This document shows, piece by piece, positions 26,981-35,232 of a stretch of 35,232 nucleotides of DNA. The first letter of the stretch is position 1. Every line of letters starts with the position of its first letter. Source of the stretch: a virus (Duplodnaviria; Heunggongvirae; Uroviricota; Caudoviricetes). Both the position numbers and the translations under genes were made by a program. The notes under the pieces are model-generated. The model was not told where the DNA came from. It searched no databases and saw only the letters and a program-made list of their open reading frames with translations. The stretch lies in the IMG/VR virus record IMGVR_UViG_2541047821_000009. One strand, written 5' to 3'.

Positions 26981-28171
26981 ATGAGTGACTATCATCATGG
27001 CGTGCAGGTGCTGGAGATTAACGACGGCACCCGCGTCATTTCCACCGTATCCACTGCCATTGTCGGCATGGTCTGCACGGCCAGCGATGCGGATGCGGAA
27101 ACCTTCCCCCTCAATAAACCTGTGCTGATTACCAATGCCCAGAGCGCAATTGCAAAGGCCGGTAAAAAAGGCACGCTGGCGGCATCGTTACAGGCCATCG
27201 CCGACCAGTCAAAACCGGTCACCGTTGTCGTGCGTGTGGAAGACGGCACCGGCGACGACGAAGAAACGAAACTCGCGCAGACCGTTTCCAATATCATCGG
27301 CACCACCGACGAAAACGGTCAGTACACCGGACTGAAAGCCCTGCTGGCGGCGGAGTCGGTAACCGGTGTTAAACCGCGTATTCTCGGCGTGCCGGGACTG
27401 GACACCAAAGAGGTGGCTGTTGCACTGGCATCAGTCTGTCAGAAGCTGCGCGCTTTCGGGTATATCAGCGCATGGGGCTGTAAAACCATTTCCGAGGTGA
27501 AAGCCTACCGTCAGAATTTCAGCCAGCGTGAGCTGATGGTCATCTGGCCGGATTTCCTCGCATGGGATACGGTCACCAGTACCACCGCCACCGCGTATGC
27601 CACCGCCCGTGCGCTGGGTCTGCGTGCTAAAATCGACCAGGTGCAGGGCTGGCATAAAACGCTGTCCAACGTCGGGGTGAACGGTGTTACCGGCATCAGC
27701 GCATCTGTATTCTGGGATTTGCAGGAGTCCGGCACCGATGCTGACCTGCTGAACGAGGCAGGCGTCACTACGCTGATTCGCCGCGACGGTTTCCGCTTCT
27801 GGGGTAACCGTACCTGCTCTGATGACCCGCTTTTCCTCTTTGAAAACTACACCCGCACCGCGCAGGTGCTGGCCGATACGATGGCTGAGGCGCACATGTG
27901 GGCGGTGGACAAGCCCATCACCGCAACGCTGATTCGCGACATCGTTGACGGCATCAATGCCAAATTTCGTGAGCTGAAAACAAACGGCTATATCGTGGAT
28001 GCGACCTGCTGGTTCAGCGAAGAATCCAACGATGCGGAAACCCTTAAGGCCGGAAAACTGTATATCGACTACGACTATACCCCGGTGCCTCCTCTTGAAA
28101 ACCTGACCCTGCGCCAGCGTATTACCGATAAATACCTGGCAAATCTGGTCACCTCGGTTAACAGCAATTAA
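26981..28171 (+). CDS. FI: Tail sheath protein (gpFI)
   Basis: 396 aa as in P2 FI; GGAG ribosome-binding site. Confidence 0.9.
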   Translation: MSDYHHGVQVLEINDGTRVISTVSTAIVGMVCTASDADAETFPLNKPVLITNAQSAIAKAGKKGTLAASLQAIADQSKPVTVVVRVEDGTGDDEETKLAQTVSNIIGTTDENGQYTGLKALLAAESVTGVKPRILGVPGLDTKEVAVALASVCQKLRAFGYISAWGCKTISEVKAYRQNFSQRELMVIWPDFLAWDTVTSTTATAYATARALGLRAKIDQVQGWHKTLSNVGVNGVTGISASVFWDLQESGTDADLLNEAGVTTLIRRDGFRFWGNRTCSDDPLFLFENYTRTAQVLADTMAEAHMWAVDKPITATLIRDIVDGINAKFRELKTNGYIVDATCWFSEESNDAETLKAGKLYIDYDYTPVPPLENLTLRQRITDKYLANLVTSVNSN

Positions 28172-28183
28172 GGAGCCTGACCG

Positions 28184-28702
28184 ATGGCAATGCCGCGCAA
28201 ACTCAAGTTAATGAACGTCTTTCTGAACGGATACAGCTATCAGGGCGTTGCAAAGTCCGTCACGCTGCCAAAACTGACCCGTAAGCTCGAAAACTATCGC
28301 GGTGCGGGGATGAACGGCAGCGCACCGGTAGACCTCGGCCTTGATGACGATGCGCTGTCAATGGAGTGGTCGCTCGGGGGCTTCCCGGATTCGGTTATCT
28401 GGGAGCTTTACGCCGCAACCGGTGTGGATGCCGTGCCGATTCGTTTTGCAGGCTCTTACCAGCGTGACGATACCGGCGAAACGGTGGCCGTCGAGGTGGT
28501 CATGCGTGGCCGTCAGAAAGAAATCGACACCGGCGAGGGTAAACAGGGAGAAGACACCGAGTCGAAAATCTCCGTGGTCTGCACCTATTTCCGGCTGACG
28601 ATGGACGGTAAGGAGCTGGTCGAAATTGACACCATCAACATGATTGAGAAGGTGAACGGCGTCGACCGGCTGGAGCAACACCGCCGCAATATCGGCCTGT
28701 GA
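28184..28702 (+). CDS. FII: Tail tube protein (gpFII)
   Basis: 172 aa as in P2 FII; AGGAG ribosome-binding site. Confidence 0.9.
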   Translation: MAMPRKLKLMNVFLNGYSYQGVAKSVTLPKLTRKLENYRGAGMNGSAPVDLGLDDDALSMEWSLGGFPDSVIWELYAATGVDAVPIRFAGSYQRDDTGETVAVEVVMRGRQKEIDTGEGKQGEDTESKISVVCTYFRLTMDGKELVEIDTINMIEKVNGVDRLEQHRRNIGL

Positions 28703-28759
28703 TTTTCATCCGGTCAGCCAGGCTGACCGGTTAACCCCCGATTCAGAAGTGAGAAAACC

Positions 28760-29035
28760 ATGAACAAAGAAAATGTGATTACCCTGGACAATCCGGTCAA
28801 GCGTGGTGAGCAGGTCATCGAACAGGTCACGCTGATGAAACCCAATGCCGGGACGCTGCGCGGTGTCAGTCTGGCAGCGGTCGCAAACTCCGAAGTCGAT
28901 GCACTGATTAAGGTGTTGCCGCGCATGACGGCACCGATGCTGACCGAGCAGGAAGTTGCCGCACTGGAACTGCCTGACCTTGTGGCGCTGGCCGGTAAGG
29001 TGGTCGGTTTTTTGTCGCCGAACTCGGTGCAGTGA
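28760..29035 (+). CDS. E: Tail assembly chaperone (gpE)
   Basis: 91 aa as in P2 E; precedes the tape measure gene. Confidence 0.8.
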   Translation: MNKENVITLDNPVKRGEQVIEQVTLMKPNAGTLRGVSLAAVANSEVDALIKVLPRMTAPMLTEQEVAALELPDLVALAGKVVGFLSPNSVQ

Positions 29036-29187
29036 CATTTCCGAAAAATCTCTCGGTCGATGACCTGATGGCGGATGTGGCAGTGATATTTCACTGGCCG
29101 CCATCAGAACTGTATCCCATGAGCCTGACCGAACTCATCACATGGCGCGAAAAGGCGCTCCGGCGAAGCGGAAACACGAATGAGTAA
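29008..29187 (+). other. Programmed -1 frameshift site (T_TTT_TTG) and E' extension giving the E+E' fusion
   Basis: Slippery heptamer T_TTT_TTG at 29008-29014 in the E frame, 7 codons before the E stop; the -1 frame stays open to TAA at 29185-29187, which overlaps the T start at 29180. Confidence 0.65.
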
Positions 29188-31627
29188 CAATGTAAAATTA
29201 CAGGTATTGCTCAGGGCTGTTGACCAGGCATCCCGCCCGTTTAAATCCATCCGTACAGCGAGTAAGTCGCTGTCGGGGGATATCCGGGACACACAAAAAT
29301 CACTGCGCGAGCTGAACGGTCAGGCATCCCGTATTGAGGGATTTCGCAAGACCAGTGCACAGCTCGCCGTGACTGGTCAGGAACTGAAAAAAGCCAGACA
29401 GGAAGCCGCAGCACTGGCTGTCCAGTTTAAAAATACTGAACGACCGACAAATGCACAGGCAAAGGCAATGGAAGCCGCGCGTAAAAATGCGTCTGAGTTA
29501 CAGGCGAAATATAACAGCCTGAGATTGTCGGTACAGCGCCAGCGTCAGGAATTGAGTCAGGCGGGTATTAATACCCGTAATCTGGCGCATGATGAACGAG
29601 GGCTGAAAAACCGTATCAGTGAAACCACCGCACAGCTTAACCGGCAGCGTGACGCGCTGGCGCGTGTCAGTGCGCAACAGGCAAAACTTAACGCAGTCAA
29701 ACAGCGTTATCAGGCAGGCAAGGAACTGGCCGGAAATATGGCCTCGGTGGGCGCTGCCGGTGTGGGGATTGCGGCGGCGGGAACGATGGCCGGAGTTAAG
29801 CTGCTGATGCCCGGTTATGAGTTTGCGCAGAAAAACTCAGAATTGCAGGCCGTGCTCGGTGTGGCAAAAGATTCCGCCGAAATGGCAGCGCTACGCAAAC
29901 AGGCGCGCCAGCTCGGCGACAACACAGCCGCCTCGGCGGATGATGCAGCAGCAGCTCAAATCATCGTGGCTAAATCAGGAGCGGATAAAAATGGCATCTT
30001 GGCACAAACACCGGCCATTTTGAATATGTCACTGGCAAACAAGAAAACGATGGAGGAAAACGCCACTTTACTTATTGGGACAAAATCGGCATTCGGGCTT
30101 GCTGATGATAAGGCTTCCCATATTGCTGATGTTATTTCAATGACGATGAATAAATCGCAAGCCACATTCGAGGGACTAAGTGATTCACTTACCTATGTCG
30201 GGCCAGTGGCAAAAGATGCAGGTGTCAGCCTGGAAGAAACAGCAGCAATGTTAGGTGCATTACATGATGCAAATATCAGTGGGTCTATGGCTGGCACAGG
30301 AAGTCGAGCAGTACTGAGTCGTTTGCAGGCACCAACCGGGAAAGCGTATGACGCTATTAAAGAGCTTGGCGTAAAGACAACTGACAGCAAAGGTAATACG
30401 CGACCTGTCTTTTCAATTCTGAAAGAAATTCAGCGGAGTTTTGAAAAAAATAAACTAGGAACAGGGCAGCGCGCTGAATACATGAAAACAATATTCGGCG
30501 AAGAGGCCAGCTCATCAGCAAGTGTATTAATGACAGCAGCAGCCAGCGGCAAGCTGGATAATCTGACCAGGTTGATTAAAGAATCTGACGGTAAAACAGA
30601 AGAACTGGTTAAGGTTATGCAGGATAACCTCGGCGGCGACTTTAAATCGTTTCAGTCAGCGTATCAGGCTGTTGGCACTGACCTGTTTGACCAGCAGGAA
30701 GGCGCACTGCGTAATCTCACGCAGACGGCCACAAAGTATGTGTTAAAACTCGACGGCTGGATCCAGAAAAACAAATCACTGGCGTCAACCATCGGCCTCA
30801 TTGTCGGTGGTGCACTGGCGCTGATTGGTGTCATCGGTGCCATTGGCCTCGTAGCCTGGCCGGTTATCACCGGCATCAATGCCATTATCGCAGCAGCAAG
30901 TGCAATGGGGGCAATCTTCACGACGGTTGGCAGTGCCGTTATGACGGCTATCGGGGCGATTAGCTGGCCGGTAGTGGCCGTGGTGGCTGCAATTGTCGCC
31001 GGGGCGTTGCTTATCCGTAAATACTGGGAGCCTGTCAGCGCATTCTTTGGCGGTGTGGTGGAAGGGCTGAAAGCGGCATTTGCGCCGGTGGGGGAGCTGT
31101 TCACGCCACTGAAGCCGGTGTTTGACTGGCTGGGCGAAAAGTTACAGGCCGCGTGGCAGTGGTTTACAAACCTGATTGCCCCGGTCAAAGCCACCCAGGA
31201 CACCCTGAACCGTTGCCGTGATACGGGTGTCATGTTCGGGCAGGCACTGGCTGACGCGCTGATGCTGCCGCTTAATGCGTTCAACAAACTGCGCAGCGGT
31301 ATTGACTGGGTACTGGAAAAACTCGGTGTCATCAACAAAGAGTCAGACACACTTGACCAGACCGCCGCCAGAACTCAAGCCGCCACGTATGGCAGCGGTG
31401 GTTATATTCCGGCGACCAGCTCTTATGCAGGTTATCAGGCTTATCAGCCGGTCACGGCACCGGCTGGCCGCTCTTATGTGGACCAGAGTAAAAACGAATA
31501 TCACATCAGCCTGACGGGTGGTACTGCGCCGGGGACACAGCTCGACCGCCAGTTACAGGATGCGCTCGAAAAATACGAACGGGATAAACGTGCGCGCGCC
31601 CGTGCCAGCATGATGCATGACGGTTAA
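29180..31627 (+). CDS. T: Tail tape measure protein (gpT)
   Basis: 815 aa as in P2 T; coiled-coil N-terminal part, Gly/Ala-rich hydrophobic middle. Confidence 0.85.
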   Translation: MSNNVKLQVLLRAVDQASRPFKSIRTASKSLSGDIRDTQKSLRELNGQASRIEGFRKTSAQLAVTGQELKKARQEAAALAVQFKNTERPTNAQAKAMEAARKNASELQAKYNSLRLSVQRQRQELSQAGINTRNLAHDERGLKNRISETTAQLNRQRDALARVSAQQAKLNAVKQRYQAGKELAGNMASVGAAGVGIAAAGTMAGVKLLMPGYEFAQKNSELQAVLGVAKDSAEMAALRKQARQLGDNTAASADDAAAAQIIVAKSGADKNGILAQTPAILNMSLANKKTMEENATLLIGTKSAFGLADDKASHIADVISMTMNKSQATFEGLSDSLTYVGPVAKDAGVSLEETAAMLGALHDANISGSMAGTGSRAVLSRLQAPTGKAYDAIKELGVKTTDSKGNTRPVFSILKEIQRSFEKNKLGTGQRAEYMKTIFGEEASSSASVLMTAAASGKLDNLTRLIKESDGKTEELVKVMQDNLGGDFKSFQSAYQAVGTDLFDQQEGALRNLTQTATKYVLKLDGWIQKNKSLASTIGLIVGGALALIGVIGAIGLVAWPVITGINAIIAAASAMGAIFTTVGSAVMTAIGAISWPVVAVVAAIVAGALLIRKYWEPVSAFFGGVVEGLKAAFAPVGELFTPLKPVFDWLGEKLQAAWQWFTNLIAPVKATQDTLNRCRDTGVMFGQALADALMLPLNAFNKLRSGIDWVLEKLGVINKESDTLDQTAARTQAATYGSGGYIPATSSYAGYQAYQPVTAPAGRSYVDQSKNEYHISLTGGTAPGTQLDRQLQDALEKYERDKRARARASMMHDG

Positions 31628-31641
31628 GGAGGTGACGAAAA

Positions 31642-32121
31642 ATGATGCTCGCGTTAGGTATGTTTGTTTTTATGCGCCAGACGTTGCCACACCAGACCAT
31701 GCAGCGTGAATCAGATTATCGCTGGCCGTCAAATTCCCGTATCGGTAAACGGGATGCCTTTCAGTTTCTCGGTGTGGGTGAGGAAAACATCACGCTTGCC
31801 GGTGTGCTTTATCCCGAACTGACCGGCGGCAAGCTGACGATGACCACGCTCAGACTGATGGCAGAGGAAGGCCGGGCGTGGCCGTTGCTGGATGGCACCG
31901 GCATGATTTACGGCATGTATGTCATCAGCAGGGTGAGTGAAACAGGGAGTATTTTTTTTGCAGACGGCACACCCCGGAAAATTGATTTTACGCTGTCGCT
32001 CACCCGCGTTGATGAATCACTGGCCGCGCTTTATGGCGATATCGGTAAACAGGCGGAATCGCTCATCGGTAAGGCTGGCAGTATGGCAACTAAATTCACG
32101 GGTATGACGGGGGCGGGATAA
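31642..32121 (+). CDS. U: Tail protein (gpU)
   Basis: 159 aa as in P2 U. Confidence 0.85.
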   Translation: MMLALGMFVFMRQTLPHQTMQRESDYRWPSNSRIGKRDAFQFLGVGEENITLAGVLYPELTGGKLTMTTLRLMAEEGRAWPLLDGTGMIYGMYVISRVSETGSIFFADGTPRKIDFTLSLTRVDESLAALYGDIGKQAESLIGKAGSMATKFTGMTGAG

Positions 32122-33284
32122 TGCTGGATGCGCTGACATTTGATGCAGGCAGTACGCTGACACCGGATTACATGCTGATGCTCGACAGCAGGGATATTAC
32201 CGGCAATATCAGTGACCGTCTGATGAGCATGACCCTGACGGATAACCGGGGCTTTGAGGCTGACCAGCTTGATATTGAACTGAACGATGCCGACGGGCAG
32301 GTCGGGCTGCCGGTTCGTGGCGCTGTCCTGACGGTGTATATCGGCTGGAAAGGTTTTGCCCTGGTATGCAAAGGGAAATTCACCGTTGATGAGGTTGAAC
32401 ACCGGGGCGCGCCGGATGTGGTCACCATCCGCGCCCGGAGTGCAGATTTCCGCGGGACGCTCAATTCCCGCCGTGAAGGCTCCTGGCATGACACCACGCT
32501 CGGTGCGATTGTTGAGGCGATAGCCTCCCGTAACAAGCTGGAAGCCAGTGTCGCTCCGTCACTGGCCGGAATTAAAATCCCGCACATCGACCAGTCGCAG
32601 GAGTCTGATGCGAAATTCCTGACCCGTCTTGCAGAACGCAACGGCGGTGAGGTGTCGGTAAAAATGGGAAAACTGTTGTTTCTCAAAGCGGGGCAGGGGG
32701 TGACGGCCAGCGGTAAAAAAATCCCGCAGATTACCATCGCCCGCAGTGACGGCGACCGCCATCATTTTGCGATTGCTGACCGTGGAGCCTATACCGGCGT
32801 AACAGCAAAGTGGTTACACACCAAAGACCCGAAACCGCAAAAGCAGAAGGTAAAACTGAAACGCAAAAAGAAAGAAAAACACCTGCGCGCACTGGAGCAC
32901 CCGAAAGCGAAACCGGTCAGGCAGAAGAAAGCGCCAAAAGTACCGGAAGCACGCGAAGGTGAATACATGGCCGGTGAGGCTGACAACGTTTTTGCCCTGA
33001 CCACGGTATATGCCACGAAAGCGCAGGCCATGCGCGCCGCTCAGGCGAAGTGGGATAAACTGCAACGGGGCGTTGCGGAGTTCTCCATCAGCCTGGCTAC
33101 CGGTCGGGCAGATATTTACACGGAAACACCGGTTAAAGTGTCAGGCTTTAAGCGCGTCATAGACGAGCAGGACTGGACAATCACTAAGGTGACACATTTT
33201 CTGAATAATAGCGGCTTCACGACGTCCTTAGAGCTTGAGGTCAGGCTTTCTGATGTGGAGTACGAAACAGAAGATGATGAGTGA
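32121..33284 (+). CDS. D: Late-control tail protein (gpD)
   Basis: 387 aa as in P2 D; the ATG overlaps the U stop. Confidence 0.85.
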   Translation: MLDALTFDAGSTLTPDYMLMLDSRDITGNISDRLMSMTLTDNRGFEADQLDIELNDADGQVGLPVRGAVLTVYIGWKGFALVCKGKFTVDEVEHRGAPDVVTIRARSADFRGTLNSRREGSWHDTTLGAIVEAIASRNKLEASVAPSLAGIKIPHIDQSQESDAKFLTRLAERNGGEVSVKMGKLLFLKAGQGVTASGKKIPQITIARSDGDRHHFAIADRGAYTGVTAKWLHTKDPKPQKQKVKLKRKKKEKHLRALEHPKAKPVRQKKAPKVPEAREGEYMAGEADNVFALTTVYATKAQAMRAAQAKWDKLQRGVAEFSISLATGRADIYTETPVKVSGFKRVIDEQDWTITKVTHFLNNSGFTTSLELEVRLSDVEYETEDDE

Positions 33285-33365
33285 TATGTTTTATTTATCT
33301 GTTTGTTTTATAAGGATAAATTAACTAAAATGGCACCATCAACAAAACCGGAAGAGGTGCTCGCG

Positions 33366-33584
33366 ATGTTTCATTGTCCTTTATGCCAGCATGCCGCACA
33401 TGCGCGTACAAGCCGCTATATCACTGACACGACAAAAGAGCGTTATCACCAGTGCCAGAACGTGAATTGCAGCGCCACGTTCATCACCTATGAGTCGGTA
33501 CAGCGATACATCGTGAAGCCGGGAGAAGTCCACGCCGTAAGGCCGCACCCGTTGCCGTCAGGGCAGCAAATTATGTGGATGTAA
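33366..33584 (+). CDS. ogr: Late-gene transcriptional activator Ogr (zinc finger)
   Basis: Internal Met 'MFHCPLCQHAAHARTSRYI...HQCQNVNCSATF' gives 72 aa with a C2C2 zinc-binding motif, as in P2 Ogr. Confidence 0.8.
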   Translation: MFHCPLCQHAAHARTSRYITDTTKERYHQCQNVNCSATFITYESVQRYIVKPGEVHAVRPHPLPSGQQIMWM

Positions 33585-33596
33585 TTACAAACAGAA

Positions 33597-33625
33597 AGCC
33601 CCTCAGTCGAGGGGCTTTATCTTAT
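33597..33625. terminator. Intrinsic terminator after ogr (possibly bidirectional)
   Basis: Perfect hairpin AGCCCCTC-agtc-GAGGGGCT followed by TTATCTTATTT; the stop of the minus-strand gene lies 10 bp beyond. Confidence 0.6.
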
Positions 33626-33634
33626 TTGAGCTAT

Positions 33635-34042
33635 TTACTTACCTGTGTAGGTATGAGTTTTGGATAACACCACTGTTTGTGCAGGTTTTTCCATTAACGG
33701 AGCGATTTCATTGCATGTGGTCAATGGGTCTTCAAAGGTATATCCAATAGACTTATATTGGTTAACTATATTGATTTCACTTACATTTTTTAAAAATGAA
33801 GAAGGAGCGTCATGTGTCCAGAGTGGGGTGCATACACCGGACATAATTAAATGATTATAGGCTTCTGATGTGATTTTTTTAGCAGGGAGAACAACGGTAA
33901 GAGAGCTATCTTTTGTTGTGATTTCCAGTGGTTGCCATGGTTTCAGTTGTTTTTGAAGAGTTTTAATGTCATTCGTGTTTGCGTATGCATTGAGTGAAAT
34001 TATTAAGGTGGTTATTGCCATTATTGATTTAAGAGTTGCCAT
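33635..34042 (-). CDS. Secreted hypothetical protein (signal peptide)
   Basis: 135 aa; N-terminal signal peptide 'MATLKSIMAITTLIISLNAYA' with an AYA-N cleavage-like site; strongly AT-rich. Confidence 0.5.
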   Translation of the reverse strand: MATLKSIMAITTLIISLNAYANTNDIKTLQKQLKPWQPLEITTKDSSLTVVLPAKKITSEAYNHLIMSGVCTPLWTHDAPSSFLKNVSEINIVNQYKSIGYTFEDPLTTCNEIAPLMEKPAQTVVLSKTHTYTGK

Positions 34043-34093
34043 AGAAAATCCTTAATAAACATTTGGTTGAGTAAATGTTATACATCTAAAAAA

Positions 34094-34117
34094 AGAAAAA
34101 AATAAAGCCCCATATGC
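34094..34117 (-). terminator. Hairpin AAAGCCCC-N8-GGGGCTTT beside an A-run (terminator-like on the minus strand; possible att-core relic)
   Basis: Perfect 8-bp stem read directly; the preceding AAAAAGAAAAAAATAA gives a U-run for the minus strand only. Confidence 0.3.
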
Positions 34118-34221
34118 TTGGGGCTTTCGGTAATCGATGTGGACGCTATGTGGACAGCGTTTGATATAAATCCATTTATATCATCAGGTTAGGTGCTTTT
34201 TTGTGACACCATCCCTGTCTT

Positions 34222-34248
34222 CCCCCACATGATGTGGGGGTTTTTTTT
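34222..34248 (+). terminator. Intrinsic terminator (plus strand) upstream of fieF
   Basis: CCCCCACA-tga-TGTGGGGG hairpin followed by TTTTTTTT. Confidence 0.6.
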
Positions 34249-34329
34249 ATCCTCAATTTGCCTGCTGCTTAATGCATTGCAGATGATTTGCTTCCGTTAT
34301 ACTAGCGTCAGTTGATAGCGGGAGTATTT

Positions 34330-35232
34330 ATGAATCAATCTTATGGACGGCTGGTCAGTCGGGCGGCGATTGCTGCAACGGCGATGGCTTCACTGCTATT
34401 GCTGATTAAAATTTTTGCATGGTGGTATACCGGGTCGGTGAGTATTCTCGCCGCGCTGGTGGATTCGCTGGTGGATATCGGCGCGTCGTTGACGAATTTA
34501 CTGGTGGTGCGATATTCCCTGCAACCTGCCGACGATAATCACTCGTTTGGTCACGGTAAAGCTGAGTCCCTCGCGGCGCTGGCGCAAAGTATGTTTATCT
34601 CCGGTTCGGCACTATTCCTCTTTTTGACGGGTATTCAACATCTGATATCTCCAACACCGATGACAGATCCAGGCGTCGGGGTTATCGTGACAATTGTGGC
34701 GCTAATTTGTACGATTATCCTTGTCTCGTTTCAGCGGTGGGTGGTGCGCCGGACGCAAAGCCAGGCGGTGCGGGCTGATATGCTACATTACCAGTCTGAT
34801 GTTATGATGAACGGCGCAATTCTGCTGGCGCTGGGGTTGTCCTGGTACGGCTGGCATCGCGCCGATGCTCTGTTTGCATTGGGAATCGGCATCTATATTT
34901 TATATAGCGCGTTACGCATGGGATATGAGGCGGTACAGTCATTACTGGATCGCGCATTACCTGATGAGGAACGGCAAGAAATTATTGATATCGTGACTTC
35001 CTGGCCGGGTGTTAGCGGCGCTCACGATCTTCGCACGCGGCAGTCAGGGCCGACCCGCTTTATTCAGATTCATTTGGAAATGGAAGACTCTCTGCCTTTG
35101 GTTCAGGCACATATGGTGGCGGATCAGGTAGAGCAGGCTATTTTACGGCGTTTTCCGGGATCGGATGTGATTATCCATCAGGACCCCTGTTCCGTCGTAC
35201 CCAGGGAGGGTAAACGGTCTATGCTTTCATAA
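34330..35232 (+). CDS. fieF: Cation diffusion facilitator family ferrous-iron/zinc efflux transporter FieF (YiiP)
   Basis: Start at '[20 protein letters not shown]' gives 300 aa; multiple transmembrane helices and a cytoplasmic C-terminal domain; recognised as enterobacterial FieF; host gene. Confidence 0.85.

Noticed and set aside
30664-31350. 228-aa minus-strand ORF inside the tape measure gene
   Set aside because: It lies antisense within the Gly/Ala-rich part of T, where low stop-codon frequency is expected; its translation is low-complexity.
32168-33065. Antisense ORFs (189, 68, 80 and 83 aa) within D
   Set aside because: Nested in a conserved tail gene; artefacts.
1-35232. CRISPR arrays, tRNA/rRNA genes, insertion sequences
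   Set aside because: I looked for regular short direct repeats with unique spacers, tRNA-like structures near the integration junction, and transposase-like ORFs with terminal inverted repeats; none found. The hairpins at 34094..34117 and 34222..34248 look like terminators, not tRNA.

Overview
The window is almost entirely one complete P2-like (Peduovirus-type) prophage in integrated gene order: int, C repressor, cox, B, early small ORFs, replication initiator A, cos, Q/P packaging genes, O-N-M-L head genes, lysis cassette, tail and baseplate genes, tail fibre H/G, sheath/tube FI/FII, E/E', tape measure T, U, D and ogr. Host DNA resumes at the right end with the cation-efflux gene fieF (34330..35232). 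The integrase stop codon sits at base 1, so attL is outside the window. Gene calls rest on the six-frame track, on motifs read directly in the translations, and on P2 gene order and protein lengths recalled from memory; no database search was run. Three AT-rich accessory insertions interrupt the GC-rich backbone. The most interesting is at the old/tin-equivalent locus between A and cos (about 6.8..10.6 kb): an ASCH protein, a small ORF, a DNA cytosine-5 methyltransferase, and a convergent two-gene operon encoding a DUF262 (ParB/GmrS-like) protein translationally coupled to a HEPN-like protein with an Rx4H motif. This is a candidate uncharacterised anti-phage defence or restriction-modification-like module. 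The second is a 197-aa membrane-anchored protein at the Z/fun-equivalent locus between G and FI. The third is a 135-aa secreted protein between ogr and the host junction. A PAPS-reductase-like PP-loop protein is also embedded in the early replication operon.
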